This document shows positions 1-10,519 of a stretch of DNA of 32,000 nucleotides, piece after piece (within the stretch, counting starts at the first letter, position 1; every line of letters begins with the position of its first letter). The position numbers and the translations under genes are program-made. The DNA comes from Ignicoccus islandicus DSM 13165 (GTDB taxonomy: Archaea > Thermoproteota > Thermoprotei_A > Sulfolobales > Ignicoccaceae): NCBI RefSeq assembly GCF_001481685.1, contig NZ_CP006867.1:450001-482000 (forward strand). The letters are read 5' to 3'. The notes below the pieces were generated by a model that saw only the letters and a list, made by a program, of their open reading frames with translations, did not search any database and had not been told where the DNA came from.

Positions 1-9
1 ATTGAGAAG

Positions 10-624
10 ATGTATGAGCCTTACGACGACTTGGACAAGGCCTATAATTCCTTGAGCAAAGTGAACAACCCGTTGGTAGATGCGATTAGGAAGGAGATGC
101 AGAAGAGGGCGTGGAGCATTGCGGAACTGGGGAGGGTCAAGTCGACCTTGAACCAATTGCTCAACTACCTATCCGATTACTTGGAAGCAAGGGAGAGGCT
201 GGAGAAATTGCTTGACAGCGAGGCCAATTACACTACAGTGTTCGAAATATCCAATTTGGTTCAGAGGATGAAGGTCGATTACGGGATGATGGAGAAGCTC
301 TCCCAAGAGCTGGCCAACCAAGTTAGGGAGCTCAAAGCGAACGAGCCCTCTGTTGATCTTCGAGCGGTCAAGGCCCAAGTGGGGGACTTGAATCAGTTGC
401 TCAACAAGTTGGGGAGGAAAATTAGCGTTAAGGAGATGTTCGAGCTGAAGAAGAGGATCGAGGTAGTAGGAATAGGGAAGGTCATAGACGCGTACTTGAA
501 GGAGAAGGTGGAGGAGCTAAAGGAGACCTACGATCAGTTTTCCAAGGCTTGGAACTCCTTGATGGCTCAAATGAAGAGCGAGCTAGGGACTTACGAGGAG
601 ATAGCCAAAGTGGTGAGCGGGTAA
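10..624 (+). CDS. Predicted coiled-coil hypothetical protein (may extend beyond the left window edge)
   Basis: 204-aa ORF with Leu/Glu/Lys heptad-like composition; no recognised catalytic motif. Confidence 0.6.
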   Translation: MYEPYDDLDKAYNSLSKVNNPLVDAIRKEMQKRAWSIAELGRVKSTLNQLLNYLSDYLEARERLEKLLDSEANYTTVFEISNLVQRMKVDYGMMEKLSQELANQVRELKANEPSVDLRAVKAQVGDLNQLLNKLGRKISVKEMFELKKRIEVVGIGKVIDAYLKEKVEELKETYDQFSKAWNSLMAQMKSELGTYEEIAKVVSG

Positions 625-720
625 AGGAAGTTTTTGTTTCACTCTCTAAAGTTAAGAGTTCTCAAAAACCACTTCGTTAACTTGGGGACCCTAAAAGGTT
701 GAACGTAAGCAAATAAAAAT

Positions 721-1905
721 TTACCTTTGACAGAGTAAAGTAACCGGGTTCAGTTGGGTTACAGTTAGTGTTGCCGTACAAGGCCCTATGGCTAGAACTT
801 GTAGCGGACCTTTGGCAATGGTCCACACGAACTGACCTCCGCACGGACCCTTGGTCCACGAACCCCCATAGGCCTTGTATACTGTGTTCGTTCCAGCGAC
901 TTCGCTATAAACGGTAAAGCCCTCGCCGACGTATATGGTCGGGCAACTGCCTTTACAGCTGATCACAGCTACGTTACTCGATGGAACTAAGAATTCCATT
1001 GGAACGTAGTTCTCCGCAGAAATCACAGCCGTTCTGTAAGTGGTCTCGTATGTAACTTTCTTCACTAAATCGGTTGCCTTAACGCATCCGCTTACCGTAG
1101 CGTACTCGGTGTTAGTAACTACTGTAGTTACGGTCTCGGTCACTGTAACTGTCTGGGTCAACTTAACCGTTACGACCTTAATTGAGTTAGGTAAGCTCTC
1201 CTTGGTTGTCGAAAAGGTGACGTTGAAGTAACCGAACTTCTTCAACAAGCTGAAGGCTATTAGGAATTCGGCGGTTGCCTTGTCGTCCGGCAGACCTATT
1301 TCGTTCTTCAAGAACCCTTGGGGGGATAGCCTCTTCGCTAGCTCCTTGGTCAGTTCGTGATTGCCGTATAGCTCGTTCAGAGCAGAACACCATATTAAGG
1401 CCTCTAGTGACTTTACTTCGTTCATCAAGTCCAACAATGAATATATCCAAGGCGGTTCCACGCCAATTAGCTTGGAGAAGAACCCTGCCTTGCAAGCGCA
1501 AGCCAGGCCGGAGTCGATCACGTCGAGCAGGCTAGCGCTCTTCACGTCTTCAACGAAGCTCTCCCACGAGGGCATTCCTACCATTGCGTATACGAAGGCC
1601 TTCTCGGCTTTCGAACAGATCGTATTGGACTCTACTTCCAACAAGTCCCTCGGTACCTTATACCCCATTATCTTCAATGCGAGCGCTGCTTCCAGTTTGT
1701 AAGTTACGCCTTCGCCTTTCAACGCCTTTTCAATTAAGAGCTCGTTAGGCGTCATTCCGTTCATTACTTGAGCCAGTATTAACGCACCGGGATACTTGCC
1801 ATTAACTTCCAAGTAATCCATCGAGGCTTTCAGGTCCACTGAAACTGCATAGCTCAACGAAGCTATCAAAAGGAAGGCCAACGTAACGCTACTCCATTTA
1901 AGCAT
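721..1905 (-). CDS. Secreted or surface hypothetical protein with N-terminal signal peptide
   Basis: N-terminus MLKWSSVTLAFLLIASLSYA resembles a signal peptide; Thr/Val-rich VTVTETVTTVVTNTEYATV segment; 394-aa open frame. Confidence 0.7.
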   Translation of the reverse strand: MLKWSSVTLAFLLIASLSYAVSVDLKASMDYLEVNGKYPGALILAQVMNGMTPNELLIEKALKGEGVTYKLEAALALKIMGYKVPRDLLEVESNTICSKAEKAFVYAMVGMPSWESFVEDVKSASLLDVIDSGLACACKAGFFSKLIGVEPPWIYSLLDLMNEVKSLEALIWCSALNELYGNHELTKELAKRLSPQGFLKNEIGLPDDKATAEFLIAFSLLKKFGYFNVTFSTTKESLPNSIKVVTVKLTQTVTVTETVTTVVTNTEYATVSGCVKATDLVKKVTYETTYRTAVISAENYVPMEFLVPSSNVAVISCKGSCPTIYVGEGFTVYSEVAGTNTVYKAYGGSWTKGPCGGQFVWTIAKGPLQVLAIGPCTATLTVTQLNPVTLLCQR

Positions 1906-1977
1906 ACGTCGAGCCCTAGAACCAGTGCTAGATTTACACAGAAAAAGTTACCCCTAGCTAGCGAATGTACTATTCCC

Positions 1978-3285
1978 CTAGAGCTTCCTCTTATCGATTA
2001 CTCTCTTAGCCTTTCCTCCCTCGACTCTAGGAATTTCACCTGGATCCATAACCTTGACTCTCGGTGATATTATCAAGACCTCCCTTAACTTGTACTCGAG
2101 TTCTCTTGCTAGTTTCTCCTTATCTTCGTCACTCAATTTCTCTTTAGACTCAACGAATACGTACATCCTATCTAGGTTGCCTTCCCTCTCTACTACTATT
2201 TGATAGTTATGACCAACCCTAGGATCTGACAAGAGCGTTATTTCGACGGCAGATGGGAACACGTTCACGCCATTTATTATTAACATGTCGTCGGCCCTTC
2301 CCTTTATTCTAGCGATCTTTCTCATAGTTCTACCACATTCACAGCTTCTAGTATCATAGATGAAGGTTAGATCGTTCGTCCAATATCGAAGCAAAGGCAT
2401 GGCCTCGTGGGTTATTGGCGTGACTACTAGAACGCCCTCCTCCTCGGGTTCGAGCACCTCGCCCGTCTTGGGGTCTACAACTTCTACTATGTAATGGTCT
2501 TCCCATACGTGTAAACCGTTATGGTATTGACATTCCATTGCCGTACCGGGACCGTACAGCTCGCTCATGCCATAGATATCGTACGAGTCCATGTCCCAGA
2601 GCTCGTTAATCCTCTTCCTCAACTCATCGCTCCACATTTCCGCACCAAATATACCAGTCCTAACCTTGGTGTCCTTAGCTGGATCAATACCCATTTCCAA
2701 GGCTACCTCAGCGAGTCTCAACGCGTAGTTAGGAACGGCTCCTAACACCGTTGCGCCGAGATCCTTTATCATTTGAACGTGCCTCTGAGTAAATCCGGTT
2801 CCGGCCGGAACTACCATTGCGCCTAGTTTCTGACCGCCGTAGTGGAAGCCCAGTCCCCCCGTGAACCAATGGTAACCTAAAGCAACGTACAATATATCGT
2901 CTTTAGTGACGCCTGCTGCGGCAAAGCTCCTGGCCATTAAGTTCGACCAATTCTCAATGTCTGTTGCTGTGTATCCAACTACTGTCGGCTTCCCCGTGGT
3001 TCCCGAGGATGCGTGAATTTCTATTACCTCACTTAAGGGAACCGCGAACATTCCGTAGGGATAAGCTTCTCTTAAATCGTTCTTATAAGTAAATGGAATC
3101 TTTCTCAAGTCTTCGAGGCTCCTTATATCGTCAGGGGTGATACCAGCTTCTTGGAACTTCCTTCGATATATTGGAACGTTCTCGTAGGCTCTTCTAACGG
3201 TCTCCTTTAGCCTCTTAAGTTGTATTCTCTCTATCTCCTCTCTAGGCGCTTTCTCTATAGGATCTAATATATATGGTTTACCCAT
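1978..3285 (-). CDS. paaK: Phenylacetate-CoA ligase family (AMP-forming adenylating enzyme)
   Basis: HASSGTTGKPTVVGYT AMP-binding motif, YDIYGMSE, and a C-terminal domain (KIKGRADDMLIINGVNVFPS.VE) typical of PaaK. Confidence 0.93.
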   Translation of the reverse strand: MGKPYILDPIEKAPREEIERIQLKRLKETVRRAYENVPIYRRKFQEAGITPDDIRSLEDLRKIPFTYKNDLREAYPYGMFAVPLSEVIEIHASSGTTGKPTVVGYTATDIENWSNLMARSFAAAGVTKDDILYVALGYHWFTGGLGFHYGGQKLGAMVVPAGTGFTQRHVQMIKDLGATVLGAVPNYALRLAEVALEMGIDPAKDTKVRTGIFGAEMWSDELRKRINELWDMDSYDIYGMSELYGPGTAMECQYHNGLHVWEDHYIVEVVDPKTGEVLEPEEEGVLVVTPITHEAMPLLRYWTNDLTFIYDTRSCECGRTMRKIARIKGRADDMLIINGVNVFPSAVEITLLSDPRVGHNYQIVVEREGNLDRMYVFVESKEKLSDEDKEKLARELEYKLREVLIISPRVKVMDPGEIPRVEGGKAKRVIDKRKL

Positions 3286-4672
3286 TCCTCCTAATCACCT
3301 CCATTACAACGAATGCGAGTGCTGAAGCTAGTATGGTTACGCAAAAACTCATATCCATGAAAGGTAACTTAAAGCTTAAGGCTTTCGCGAAGCCATAGAG
3401 GAGAGCTACTAAGGCACCTACTAGGGAGCTCGCAACGACGCTTTCGGTTCTTCCCACCTTAAAGACTACTGCGAGGACGGGAACGAGGAACGCACCGGCC
3501 GTGAGCGTCCAACCGGTCTTGAAGACGCTAGTTACGGCTGACGCGAGTTCCTTCGGTAGCGTGAGAGTTAAGACAGCAATCCCAGCAGCGATGACCATGC
3601 TTAGGAAGCTGAGGACCCTCAAAACCTTAGTATCTCTTATGCCCAGAATGTCATATGCTACTGCGCTTCCAACTGTTAATGAAATGGAATCCGCCGTGCT
3701 CATTGCTGCCGCTAATACGGCTGCGCTAAATACCGACGCTCCAATAGGGCCCAACATTTCCTTTGCTAAGATTGGTATGACCTTCAGGGGATTTACTTTC
3801 CCTTGAACGAGGTGGGAAGCGGCCAATCCGCTAATGAAGCTCCCGTATGTAACAATGAAGGCAAACGCCGTTGCAATGAACGTAGATCTCTTTACTACTG
3901 AAGGACTCTTAGCTGTGTAGAACCTATTAAGCAACTGCGGGAGGCCCCATACAGCAATGCTAGTTAGGAAGGCGAGATCCACTATTAAGGCTACGTCTAT
4001 TTTCTGGGGTGGGACGTAGGGCTTAGATGCTTCTAAAGCACCGAGCCCACCAGCACGCAGAGAGGCTAAGGCTGCGAGGGATAACACTCCTAATGCCATT
4101 ATGATTCCTTGAATTGCATCAGTCCATACGACGCTGTACATGCCCCCCAAAGCTACGTAAATCGCCATTACTAATGCGATAAGAAACGCGGAGGTAGCTA
4201 AATCTATTCCAAATACCGTTCCGACCATGGCGGCTGCGCCGCTAATAACGGTCGCTGCGTACAAAGTGAGACCAATTGCAGTTACTAGCCCCAAAAGCTT
4301 CTGCAAGTTACCATTGTTGTAAACCTTAGCGAAAAGTTCAGGCACAGTTAGGGCGTCGTACTGCGCGCTAAGTTTATTTATCTCCCTTCCTATCAGTATG
4401 AAAGTTAATAGAGCGCCTGCTAAAACGTTCATTAATGGAATTAACATACTCGTACTTCCCCAAAGGAAGGCCCACGCTCCGCCGACCACTATTACAACGC
4501 TAGAGAAATAGGTTGCACCGAAGGTAAAGGCCAGTAGCCACTCGCCTATTTCCCTATTGGCTACGAGGAAGCCCTTAATTGTATCGGCCTTAGACTTGAA
4601 TATGAAACCTATTGCCAAGCTCAAAGCTAAGTAAGAAATTAAAACTGCTTCGCTAATCATTCTCGTCCTCAC
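3278..4672 (-). CDS. Sodium:solute symporter (SSS) family transporter
   Basis: About a dozen hydrophobic spans, N-terminal pattern and GGMYSVVWTDAIQG motif typical of the SSS family; overlaps the paaK start by 8 nt. Confidence 0.88.
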   Translation of the reverse strand: MRTRMISEAVLISYLALSLAIGFIFKSKADTIKGFLVANREIGEWLLAFTFGATYFSSVVIVVGGAWAFLWGSTSMLIPLMNVLAGALLTFILIGREINKLSAQYDALTVPELFAKVYNNGNLQKLLGLVTAIGLTLYAATVISGAAAMVGTVFGIDLATSAFLIALVMAIYVALGGMYSVVWTDAIQGIIMALGVLSLAALASLRAGGLGALEASKPYVPPQKIDVALIVDLAFLTSIAVWGLPQLLNRFYTAKSPSVVKRSTFIATAFAFIVTYGSFISGLAASHLVQGKVNPLKVIPILAKEMLGPIGASVFSAAVLAAAMSTADSISLTVGSAVAYDILGIRDTKVLRVLSFLSMVIAAGIAVLTLTLPKELASAVTSVFKTGWTLTAGAFLVPVLAVVFKVGRTESVVASSLVGALVALLYGFAKALSFKLPFMDMSFCVTILASALAFVVMEVIRRNG

Positions 4673-4790
4673 CTTTTCCGCTAAAGCTGTAAAACGCGGC
4701 CAGTGCTACGCCTATTAGTCCCCCAATGAGGGTTACGAGGACCACTACATCCCACCGAGTTCCTACTTCTCTAAATTAATTTTAAAAGGT

Positions 4791-5366
4791 TTACGCCATA
4801 CCAACTTCAATGGCTCTCTTGTTGATCTCATAGGCCTTCGGCCACAGCTCCCGGACCGTTTCCAATACGCTATTTAGGGAAATGAATTCGCCTAGTTTCG
4901 TATGCTTTAACGCCTTGCCTAGTAAGACCATATTTGCAGACCTTGGATCGCCTAGTTGAAGTGCCTTTGAGGTAGCTGGAACTGTAAATACCTTCCATCT
5001 ATTTAGAACATTGAGAATAAAGTTCCTCGAAGGAACTTCAATACCGGGAAGGGGAGGAGGCAGTAGGTAATCGTTTACTACTATTTCGGCGTCTTTAGAA
5101 AGGAAATCTAAGTACCTGGCAGCCTCCAACAACTCCATTGAAAGCATTAAGTCTCCCTCCCCCTTCGGTATCAGAGGAGCTTCTACATCGCCGAGCCTTA
5201 CGTGAACGATAACCGTTCCACCGCGTTGACTCAGACCGTGAGTTTCCGCAACGATTGAATTCACTCCTTCTCTCAAAGCAGCGTTTGCTATAACGTTAGC
5301 GAGCGTTATTAGACCTTGACCGCCTACGCCCGTTATAACTACGTTCAATTTCACTTCGACGATCAC
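4791..5366 (-). CDS. iorB: Indolepyruvate ferredoxin oxidoreductase beta subunit
   Basis: GVGGQGLITLANVIANAALREG and SQRGGTVIVHVRLG motifs of 2-oxoacid oxidoreductase gamma/beta domains; 4-nt overlap with iorA. Confidence 0.88.
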   Translation of the reverse strand: MIVEVKLNVVITGVGGQGLITLANVIANAALREGVNSIVAETHGLSQRGGTVIVHVRLGDVEAPLIPKGEGDLMLSMELLEAARYLDFLSKDAEIVVNDYLLPPPLPGIEVPSRNFILNVLNRWKVFTVPATSKALQLGDPRSANMVLLGKALKHTKLGEFISLNSVLETVRELWPKAYEINKRAIEVGMA

Positions 5367-7291
5367 CTCGGTTTAGCTGTTCTGAGCAGTTGATCCCATC
5401 TTTCGTTCTTAAAAGTTGGAACGAAGGCGCCGAATGGGCACACTTGTTCGCATTGACCGCAACCTATACACAACGACGGATCGATCCAAGCCTTTCCGTC
5501 TTCCTTCTTCAATATGGCCGGGCAATTGAAAGCAGTATAGCAAATTCCGCAAGCAGTACATTTGCTTTCATCTACGACGTACTTAGGTACGTCTACGCCG
5601 CTCCTACGGGCCTCCGCTAATGCAACTAGAGCGCAAGCTCCCCGCGCCACTACCACAGCCGGTTTTCTATGCTCAAGAACGTACTTTAATGCTTTTTCCG
5701 TACCTTCTTCGGAGTTCCTGATATCGAAGGCATCGACGACCTCAACCTCCTCGACGCCAATTCCTCTAATTACTCCCTCAATATCTATTCTCTTCCTCTC
5801 CCTCTTTCCAACGAAGCCTCCTATTCCCGGATGCGGCTGGTGTCCAGTCATTGCTGTAGTGAAGTTATCCAGAATTATTACTAGTAAAGGAATCTGGTTG
5901 TAAACCACGTTTATCAGAGACTCCACTCCGCTATGGAAGAACGTGGAGTCGCCTATTATCGAAACAACGACCGTCTTTGGGTCGCCTTCGAAGGCCTTAG
6001 CTATACCTCCTCCAGCAGAAATGCTCGCGCCCATGTCTAATATGATGTCTTGTACTTCAAACGGTGGCGAGATCCCTAAGCTGTAACACCCAATGTCACC
6101 GCTGTATATGGGGTTCACCCTATTCCTATTAATAACCCTTTTAAGAGCATAGAAGTACGACCTGTAGGGACATCCAGCACAGAGAACTGGGGGTCTGGGA
6201 GGTATATTAAGCTGAATAATTTCCGTCCGTCGTTTCTCTACTTTAATGTTAAGAACTCTACCTATGAGTTCCCTTACTTCCGATAAATCTAGCTCACCGT
6301 AAACTCTAAGACTACCGTCCATCTTACCGTAGACTCTAGCGTTAGAGTCCCTTGCTTGAAGGTGTGATCTTATCTGCCCCTCAACGACTGGTTCACCTTC
6401 TTCAATTACTATTATCTCATCGTATTCTGTGAGCTTCTCCAAGAACTTGCTCGGCATTGGAACGGGCGTACTCACTCCGAAGACAGTTACGTCCGCCTCA
6501 AGTTCTTTGATGGCCTCTTTAGCGTACCTGTATCCGATACCGGATGCAACTACTGCTACTGAACCACTCATTTCAATAGTATTAAGCGGAAAGTCTGAGA
6601 ACTCCTTCCTTATTTTCTCCCAGTCTTCAAGGAGCCTTATCCTGTGTTCCCTAGCAAACTCGGGGACCAAAGTGTATCTCTTCGGGTTCTTTTGGAAGAA
6701 AGGCACGTTCTCATGTTTCCTCAAGGAACCTAAACTAATAGGTACTCTAGTGTGAGCGATCCTAGTAGTTATTCTGAGTAAGATCGGTCTCTTAAATCTA
6801 GCACTCCAATCTAGCGATAGCTTGGCCGCTTCCTTTGCTTCTTGAGCACCTCTCGGTTCTATTACGGGAACGTAAGCGTGAACGCCATATATTCTATTGT
6901 CTTGTTCGTTCTGGCTGCTCCACATCCACGGATCGTCCGCTGAGACTACTACCAACGCACCTTCTATTCCCAAATAAGCTATACTGAAGAAGGGGTCGGC
7001 TGCAACGTTCAACCCTACGTGTTTCATCCCACTGAACGCCCTCAGACCCACTAGGGCAGCGCCGGCCGCTGACTCCAAGGCAACCTTCTCGTTAACGCTC
7101 CACTCAACGTAAGGCCAGCCTAACTTCGAAGAGGCGTATTCAAGTGCCTCAGTTATCTCGGTCGAGGGCGTACCCGGATAAGAAGCTGCGTATTGTAGAC
7201 CTGCTTCCAGGAAGCCCCTCGCAATTGCCGCATTTCCTAGCATTACCTTAGTGCGTCCAGCCTCCTCTATTACCTCTTGATACTTAGGCAC
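5363..7291 (-). CDS. iorA: Indolepyruvate ferredoxin oxidoreductase alpha subunit
   Basis: AYPGTPSTE...., TPP-binding GDIGCY...GDSTFFHSG....LDNFTTAMTGHQPHPG, and two C-terminal 4Fe-4S ferredoxin motifs (CTACGICYTAFNCP, CIGCGQCEQVCP). Confidence 0.95.
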   Translation of the reverse strand: MPKYQEVIEEAGRTKVMLGNAAIARGFLEAGLQYAASYPGTPSTEITEALEYASSKLGWPYVEWSVNEKVALESAAGAALVGLRAFSGMKHVGLNVAADPFFSIAYLGIEGALVVVSADDPWMWSSQNEQDNRIYGVHAYVPVIEPRGAQEAKEAAKLSLDWSARFKRPILLRITTRIAHTRVPISLGSLRKHENVPFFQKNPKRYTLVPEFAREHRIRLLEDWEKIRKEFSDFPLNTIEMSGSVAVVASGIGYRYAKEAIKELEADVTVFGVSTPVPMPSKFLEKLTEYDEIIVIEEGEPVVEGQIRSHLQARDSNARVYGKMDGSLRVYGELDLSEVRELIGRVLNIKVEKRRTEIIQLNIPPRPPVLCAGCPYRSYFYALKRVINRNRVNPIYSGDIGCYSLGISPPFEVQDIILDMGASISAGGGIAKAFEGDPKTVVVSIIGDSTFFHSGVESLINVVYNQIPLLVIILDNFTTAMTGHQPHPGIGGFVGKRERKRIDIEGVIRGIGVEEVEVVDAFDIRNSEEGTEKALKYVLEHRKPAVVVARGACALVALAEARRSGVDVPKYVVDESKCTACGICYTAFNCPAILKKEDGKAWIDPSLCIGCGQCEQVCPFGAFVPTFKNERWDQLLRTAKPR

Positions 7292-7339
7292 AAGAAGTAC
7301 ACCAGAACTTAAGGATGTAATTTGATAATAAAGCTTGCC

Positions 7340-7945
7340 TTAGAGCTCTATATTTGCATGAGCCTCCTTTAAGTCTTCTTCGGTCTTTCCTAATCTGTGC
7401 ATAAGCTCTACCACTACGCTATCTAAGAACGCTTGGGTGGTTATCTCAAATAGCGTACCCAATGGAGCTAAAGGTTCGTGAATACCTAAGATCTGACGTG
7501 AGAAGTAATCTTGAGAAACGCTTACCTTCGTTCTGCCCGGTATTTCCACAATCACGTCGGCTAACTGACCAAGCGGAGAGTTGGGATAGCTCGTAAGAGC
7601 CACTAGCTTCGCTCCCACATGCTTCGCCGTCTCGGCAGCCGCAACCACTAGCTTCGTGGTTCCAGAACCCGAAATGGCTATTACGACGTCCCCTTTCTTT
7701 ACGCTCGGAACAATTGTATCGCCTAGTACGTAGGCGTTGTAACCTAGGTGCATAAGTCTCATAGCGAACGCTCTAGCCACTAGACCGCTTCTACCGGCTC
7801 CCATAACTAGTACTTTAGACCACTTATTGTTGTAAGTGGAAACTAGCAAGTTTATGAATTCTTCAACTTGATGTTCCTTCAAGTACTTAGAGGCGAAGTA
7901 GATGAAGTTCGCGATTTCCTCCATAGTCTTATATACATACATCAA
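7340..7945 (-). CDS. hxlB: 6-phospho-3-hexuloisomerase-like SIS-domain protein
   Basis: [53 protein letters not shown] is characteristic of the PHI/HxlB SIS domain. Confidence 0.85.
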   Translation of the reverse strand: MMYVYKTMEEIANFIYFASKYLKEHQVEEFINLLVSTYNNKWSKVLVMGAGRSGLVARAFAMRLMHLGYNAYVLGDTIVPSVKKGDVVIAISGSGTTKLVVAAAETAKHVGAKLVALTSYPNSPLGQLADVIVEIPGRTKVSVSQDYFSRQILGIHEPLAPLGTLFEITTQAFLDSVVVELMHRLGKTEEDLKEAHANIEL

Positions 7946-7988
7946 TTGAGAGTCCCCTCCCGACCGATCGAAGAATCTTTTATAACCA

Positions 7989-8837
7989 TTAGTTCGAATT
8001 TAGTTCATACCACTTCCTCTTCAACATCATTGCGTCCTCTTCCAGATTGGGCGACTCACATATTAGAACCCCCTTAACGTTGAAGTCTTTCAATGCTCTT
8101 AATACATCAATCCAAGCCATATCGGATTCTAGTAGGTTCAAGTGAGTTCCGTGTCTATCGAGTTTTATTCCAGATAAGTGAATATGCATATTGTCTAACG
8201 CCTTTCTACCTAATTCCTTCTCGAGCTTCTCGAGTATTTTCGCGAAGTCTTCGTAGGTGTTCCAATTTTCTCTATACCTCAAGTGGGCGAAGTCTATGCA
8301 AGGAAGTACCTTCTCAAACTCAAGTGAAAGTGCGATTACCTCGTCCAAGCTACCGAACTTCGACTTCATCTCCATAGTCTCAGGGCGAATCCAAACATCA
8401 ACGCCCTCGCTGTCCAACGTTTCAACTATTTCCTTAAGTGCGTCCCTTATTATTGAGTAAACTGTTGACGGAGGTCTTTTCATGTACCAGCCTGGGTGAA
8501 AAACTACGCTCCATCCTCCGGCAGCGTGTAGCACTCTTGCCGATTGCAAAACGTATTCTATACTCTTCCTCCTCTTTTCCTCCTCCTTTGCAGCCAAATT
8601 AACGTAATAGGGCGCGTGGGCTGTCAGAACTACGTCCAGTTCCCTAGCTACCCTACCGGCCTCTCTAGCCTTATCAATACTCAATCTCACGCCTCTAACG
8701 AACTCCAATTCCATGGCGTCTAAGCCGAGTTGCGCGACCGTCTTTATACCTTCTATTACGTTCTTCCTCTTAGTGACATTAGGTATTCCAGCGGGACCAA
8801 ACCTCAACCTGTCTATTTGAAAAGGCATTGTCGGCAA
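7989..8837 (-). CDS. nfo: Endonuclease IV-like TIM-barrel protein
   Basis: Metal-ligand motifs in order: [41 protein letters not shown]. Confidence 0.75.
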   Translation of the reverse strand: MPTMPFQIDRLRFGPAGIPNVTKRKNVIEGIKTVAQLGLDAMELEFVRGVRLSIDKAREAGRVARELDVVLTAHAPYYVNLAAKEEEKRRKSIEYVLQSARVLHAAGGWSVVFHPGWYMKRPPSTVYSIIRDALKEIVETLDSEGVDVWIRPETMEMKSKFGSLDEVIALSLEFEKVLPCIDFAHLRYRENWNTYEDFAKILEKLEKELGRKALDNMHIHLSGIKLDRHGTHLNLLESDMAWIDVLRALKDFNVKGVLICESPNLEEDAMMLKRKWYELNSN

Positions 8838-8933
8838 CCGGAACTTCCCCTAAGGGAATTAAACAAAATCTTATGCTTTCGATGTTTAAGGTGCAATTAT
8901 TAATTCGATTAATTAGACCCTTTAAGGAAGGGT

Positions 8934-9296
8934 GTGAAAGGAATGGTTTGTAATGAAAAGGTTATCAATTGGAAGGACGTGAATCCCGAGCAAGTACCCG
9001 AAGACAAGGCTAAGGGAACAACAATAAGGTGGATTTTCAAACATGGGGAGACACCTACTTTCCTAATGAGAATATTTGAAGTAGAACCTGGAGGGGAAAT
9101 TTACGATCACTCACACCCATGGGAACACGAGATATTCATTCTGAGCGGTAAGGGAGTTATAAGAATAGACGGGAGGGAATACGAAGTTAAAGAGGGGGAC
9201 GCCATTTACATTCCTCCATGTAAGACTCATTACTATAAGAACACGGGAGACGACGTGCTCCGATTTATCTGTTTAATACCTAAAGAAGGCAAGTGA
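8934..9296 (+). CDS. Small cupin-domain protein
   Basis: Cupin motif 1 (GGEIYDHSHPWEHEIFILSGKG) and motif 2 (GDAIYIPPCKTHYYKN). Confidence 0.85.
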   Translation: MKGMVCNEKVINWKDVNPEQVPEDKAKGTTIRWIFKHGETPTFLMRIFEVEPGGEIYDHSHPWEHEIFILSGKGVIRIDGREYEVKEGDAIYIPPCKTHYYKNTGDDVLRFICLIPKEGK

Positions 9297-10154
9297 TAGC
9301 AGTCTATCGAGGAGTATAGCCATTATGCCTAGGAACATAGCTATCTTCGTGATTCTCCTAGCCTTAGCTGCTTCCGAGATGGGGTCGTTACTTCTCAGCA
9401 CCTTTACGATACTAAATATGGACAATAACGCGCCCGTTGACGTCAATGCTAAGAATATCGTTCCTAATCGAGTCCACATATAGCTGAGAGCTATTAAGGG
9501 GATACATGAGACTGTGAGCAGCAACGCTGCTAAGGCGGCTTTCTTAGGTCCCATTAAAACCGCTAAGGTTTTAACCGAGTTCTCTTTATCACCATAGTAA
9601 TCTTCAATACCCTTAACTACTTCTCGAGCTAGTGTGAGCGTAAACGTCAAGACTACTACGGGAATTATATAGAAAATTTCATCTAATTTTCCGAGTTTCT
9701 CAAGCACTGCCAATGCGCCATAGAAAATAGTTGCCGATGTAGAGAACGCTACAGTTAGGTTTCCTATGAAGCCTTTCCTCTTGAGAGTCTTTGAATAATG
9801 GTACATTAAGACGGCATTAGCGATCGCGAATGCCGTGGTAATTGGGCCGACTACTAATGGAAGTAAGGATCCGATTACGAATAGTAATAGGGCTGAATTA
9901 TAAGCGGCTTGAGGACTTATCCTCCCGGAAGGTAGAGGTCTCTCGGGCTTGTTTATTCTGTCTATCTCAACGTCGAAATAATCGTTTATTGCGTAACCAG
10001 CCGCTGCTATTGAGACAGCTGAAGCTATTGCAACAATAACTTGAAGATTAAGTTCGGTGCCCACTAGAAGAGCTCCAGCCAACACTCCCAGCGCCGTGCC
10101 CAGCAAATTGTGAACTCTGAAGAGCTCACCGTAGGCCTTCACCTTCTCGATCAA
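9273..10154 (-). CDS. UbiA-family prenyltransferase, probable geranylgeranylglycerol-phosphate geranylgeranyltransferase (archaeal lipid synthesis)
   Basis: NDYFDVEIDRINKPERPLPSG and the second Asp motif (DYYGDKENSVKTLAV); multiple TM helices. Confidence 0.87.
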   Translation of the reverse strand: MIEKVKAYGELFRVHNLLGTALGVLAGALLVGTELNLQVIVAIASAVSIAAAGYAINDYFDVEIDRINKPERPLPSGRISPQAAYNSALLLFVIGSLLPLVVGPITTAFAIANAVLMYHYSKTLKRKGFIGNLTVAFSTSATIFYGALAVLEKLGKLDEIFYIIPVVVLTFTLTLAREVVKGIEDYYGDKENSVKTLAVLMGPKKAALAALLLTVSCIPLIALSYMWTRLGTIFLALTSTGALLSIFSIVKVLRSNDPISEAAKARRITKIAMFLGIMAILLDRLLSLAFFRY

Positions 10155-10240
10155 AATTCATCCATGCAATTCACTGCTGAAAGATTTTAAACGAATACTT
10201 TCGATGCCGTTAGACAAGAGTTTAACCCCGAATCGATTGT

Positions 10241-10519
10241 ATGAGAACCTTGAGAGTAATCGAGTTTAAGAGGAATGGGTTCACCTTTACAATAGCAGGA
10301 GACGTATTAATAGTCTCGATTAGATTGAGTTTCGATGAAATAGCAATTTATCGAGGTCCATGGAGGGACCTCGAGCCACCACCGGATTGGGTAAGGGAGT
10401 TCTGGGAAGGACTTAAGCACCTCGAGCTTCAACGTTATTCAGCTAACCGGCTGATTAAGGGATGGGATGGAGTGAGTGCTCTTCGAACTAACCAAGCTCC
10501 TATACAAACTGAGCTATAA
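10241..10519 (+). CDS. Hypothetical 92-aa protein overlapping the downstream Fe-S protein
   Basis: Open frame in a dense operon-like arrangement; no recognised motif. Confidence 0.45.
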   Translation: MRTLRVIEFKRNGFTFTIAGDVLIVSIRLSFDEIAIYRGPWRDLEPPPDWVREFWEGLKHLELQRYSANRLIKGWDGVSALRTNQAPIQTEL

